Positions 63,488 through 64,000 of a DNA stretch of 64,000 nt are shown here, piece after piece; within the stretch, counting starts at the first letter, position 1, and the number at the start of each line of letters is the position of its first letter. The notes beneath the pieces are model-generated. The model made no database searches. It was not told where the DNA came from and saw only the letters and a list, made by a program, of their open reading frames with translations. The translations under genes and the position numbers were made by a program. Origin of the DNA: Anthoceros angustus (taxonomy: Eukaryota; Plantae; Anthocerotophyta); assembly GCA_010909165.1 (NCBI GenBank), contig VJWM01000007.1:732644-796643 (forward strand), written 5' to 3'.

Positions 63488-64000
63488 TGTGGACTACGGA
63501 CTTCCCTTGGGGGTTAAGAAATAAGTAGGGTTTTGTTTTTTTCGTAGGAGCGGAGGATAAAATAAGGCGGAAAAGGAGGAATAAGCATGGATAGCACTCC
63601 GGACTGCACTCCGGAGTATACTCCGGACTCCGGAGTGGGCAACTGTGGAACGTAAAAGTTTGGGCAACCAGTCCAAACTGGCCAAAGGACGAACAGGTTT
63701 GATTTTTTTTCAGCTAAGACCGATTGAAAAGGAACATGTCAAGAAAACTTTTGAGAATCTTGAAGCTGGAGTTGTAACATATTGTTAAAGAAGTGAAAAG
63801 GATATCCCAGGAAGAAGAACGGGTCAAAATGACTCCCAGACGAGGCGGGAGGAGGAGATAGGGGGAAATAGGATGGTAGGCGATTAGGGTATCTGGCTGC
63901 TCATTTCGAATAGGGGTGTAATAAGGCGCCGCCTTGATGATATAAGGATTTGCTCTAGTAAAGCATCTTTCTCTTGGTGATTGATGCAGCGTTCTTGCAG
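63488..64000 (+). mobile_element. 5' end of an LTR inserted into the Gypsy pol; runs off the window
   Basis: TGTGGACTACGGACTTCCCTTGGGG start; second TGTGGAACGTAAAAGTTTGGGCAAC start at 63644 (as at 61929); 18-bp palindrome tccggagtatactccgga (63610-63627); promoter-like core at 63860-63960. Confidence 0.7.

Noticed and set aside
1-64000. tRNA, rRNA or snoRNA genes
   Set aside because: No convincing cloverleaf, rRNA signature or paired C/D boxes recognised by eye; a covariance-model scan would be needed to exclude them.

Overview
Nuclear DNA of a plant with flagellated sperm, most likely a bryophyte, lycophyte or fern (inferred from an axonemal dynein, short GT-AG introns, and plant-type kinesin-7 and UBA2 genes). 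It is not prokaryotic. The first ~27.2 kb is a compact gene island: the 3' portion of an inner-arm dynein heavy chain (DNAH10/DHC1-like, + strand, 5'-truncated, stop at 14548); an FHIT-family HIT hydrolase (- strand) whose stop lies 4 bp from the dynein stop and which appears to use a 3-nt microexon next to a U12 AT-AC intron; a kinesin-7 (KIN7N/O-like, + strand) head-to-head with FHIT; and an RRM gene (UBA2C-like, - strand) with an uninterrupted CDS. From ~27.6 kb to the end is nested, decayed transposon DNA. It holds a Gypsy integrase ending in a PHD finger, a DNA-transposon remnant carrying a ParB/Srx-like domain fused to a beta-class amino-DNA-methyltransferase (the most interesting item), several Athila-like Gypsy elements with extra ORFs, and a complete but frameshifted Copia element. 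Parts of 39-59 kb show indel-dominated tandem duplications that may be assembly artefacts. No rRNA, tRNA or CRISPR array was recognised. All family calls come from motif recognition by eye; no searches were run.
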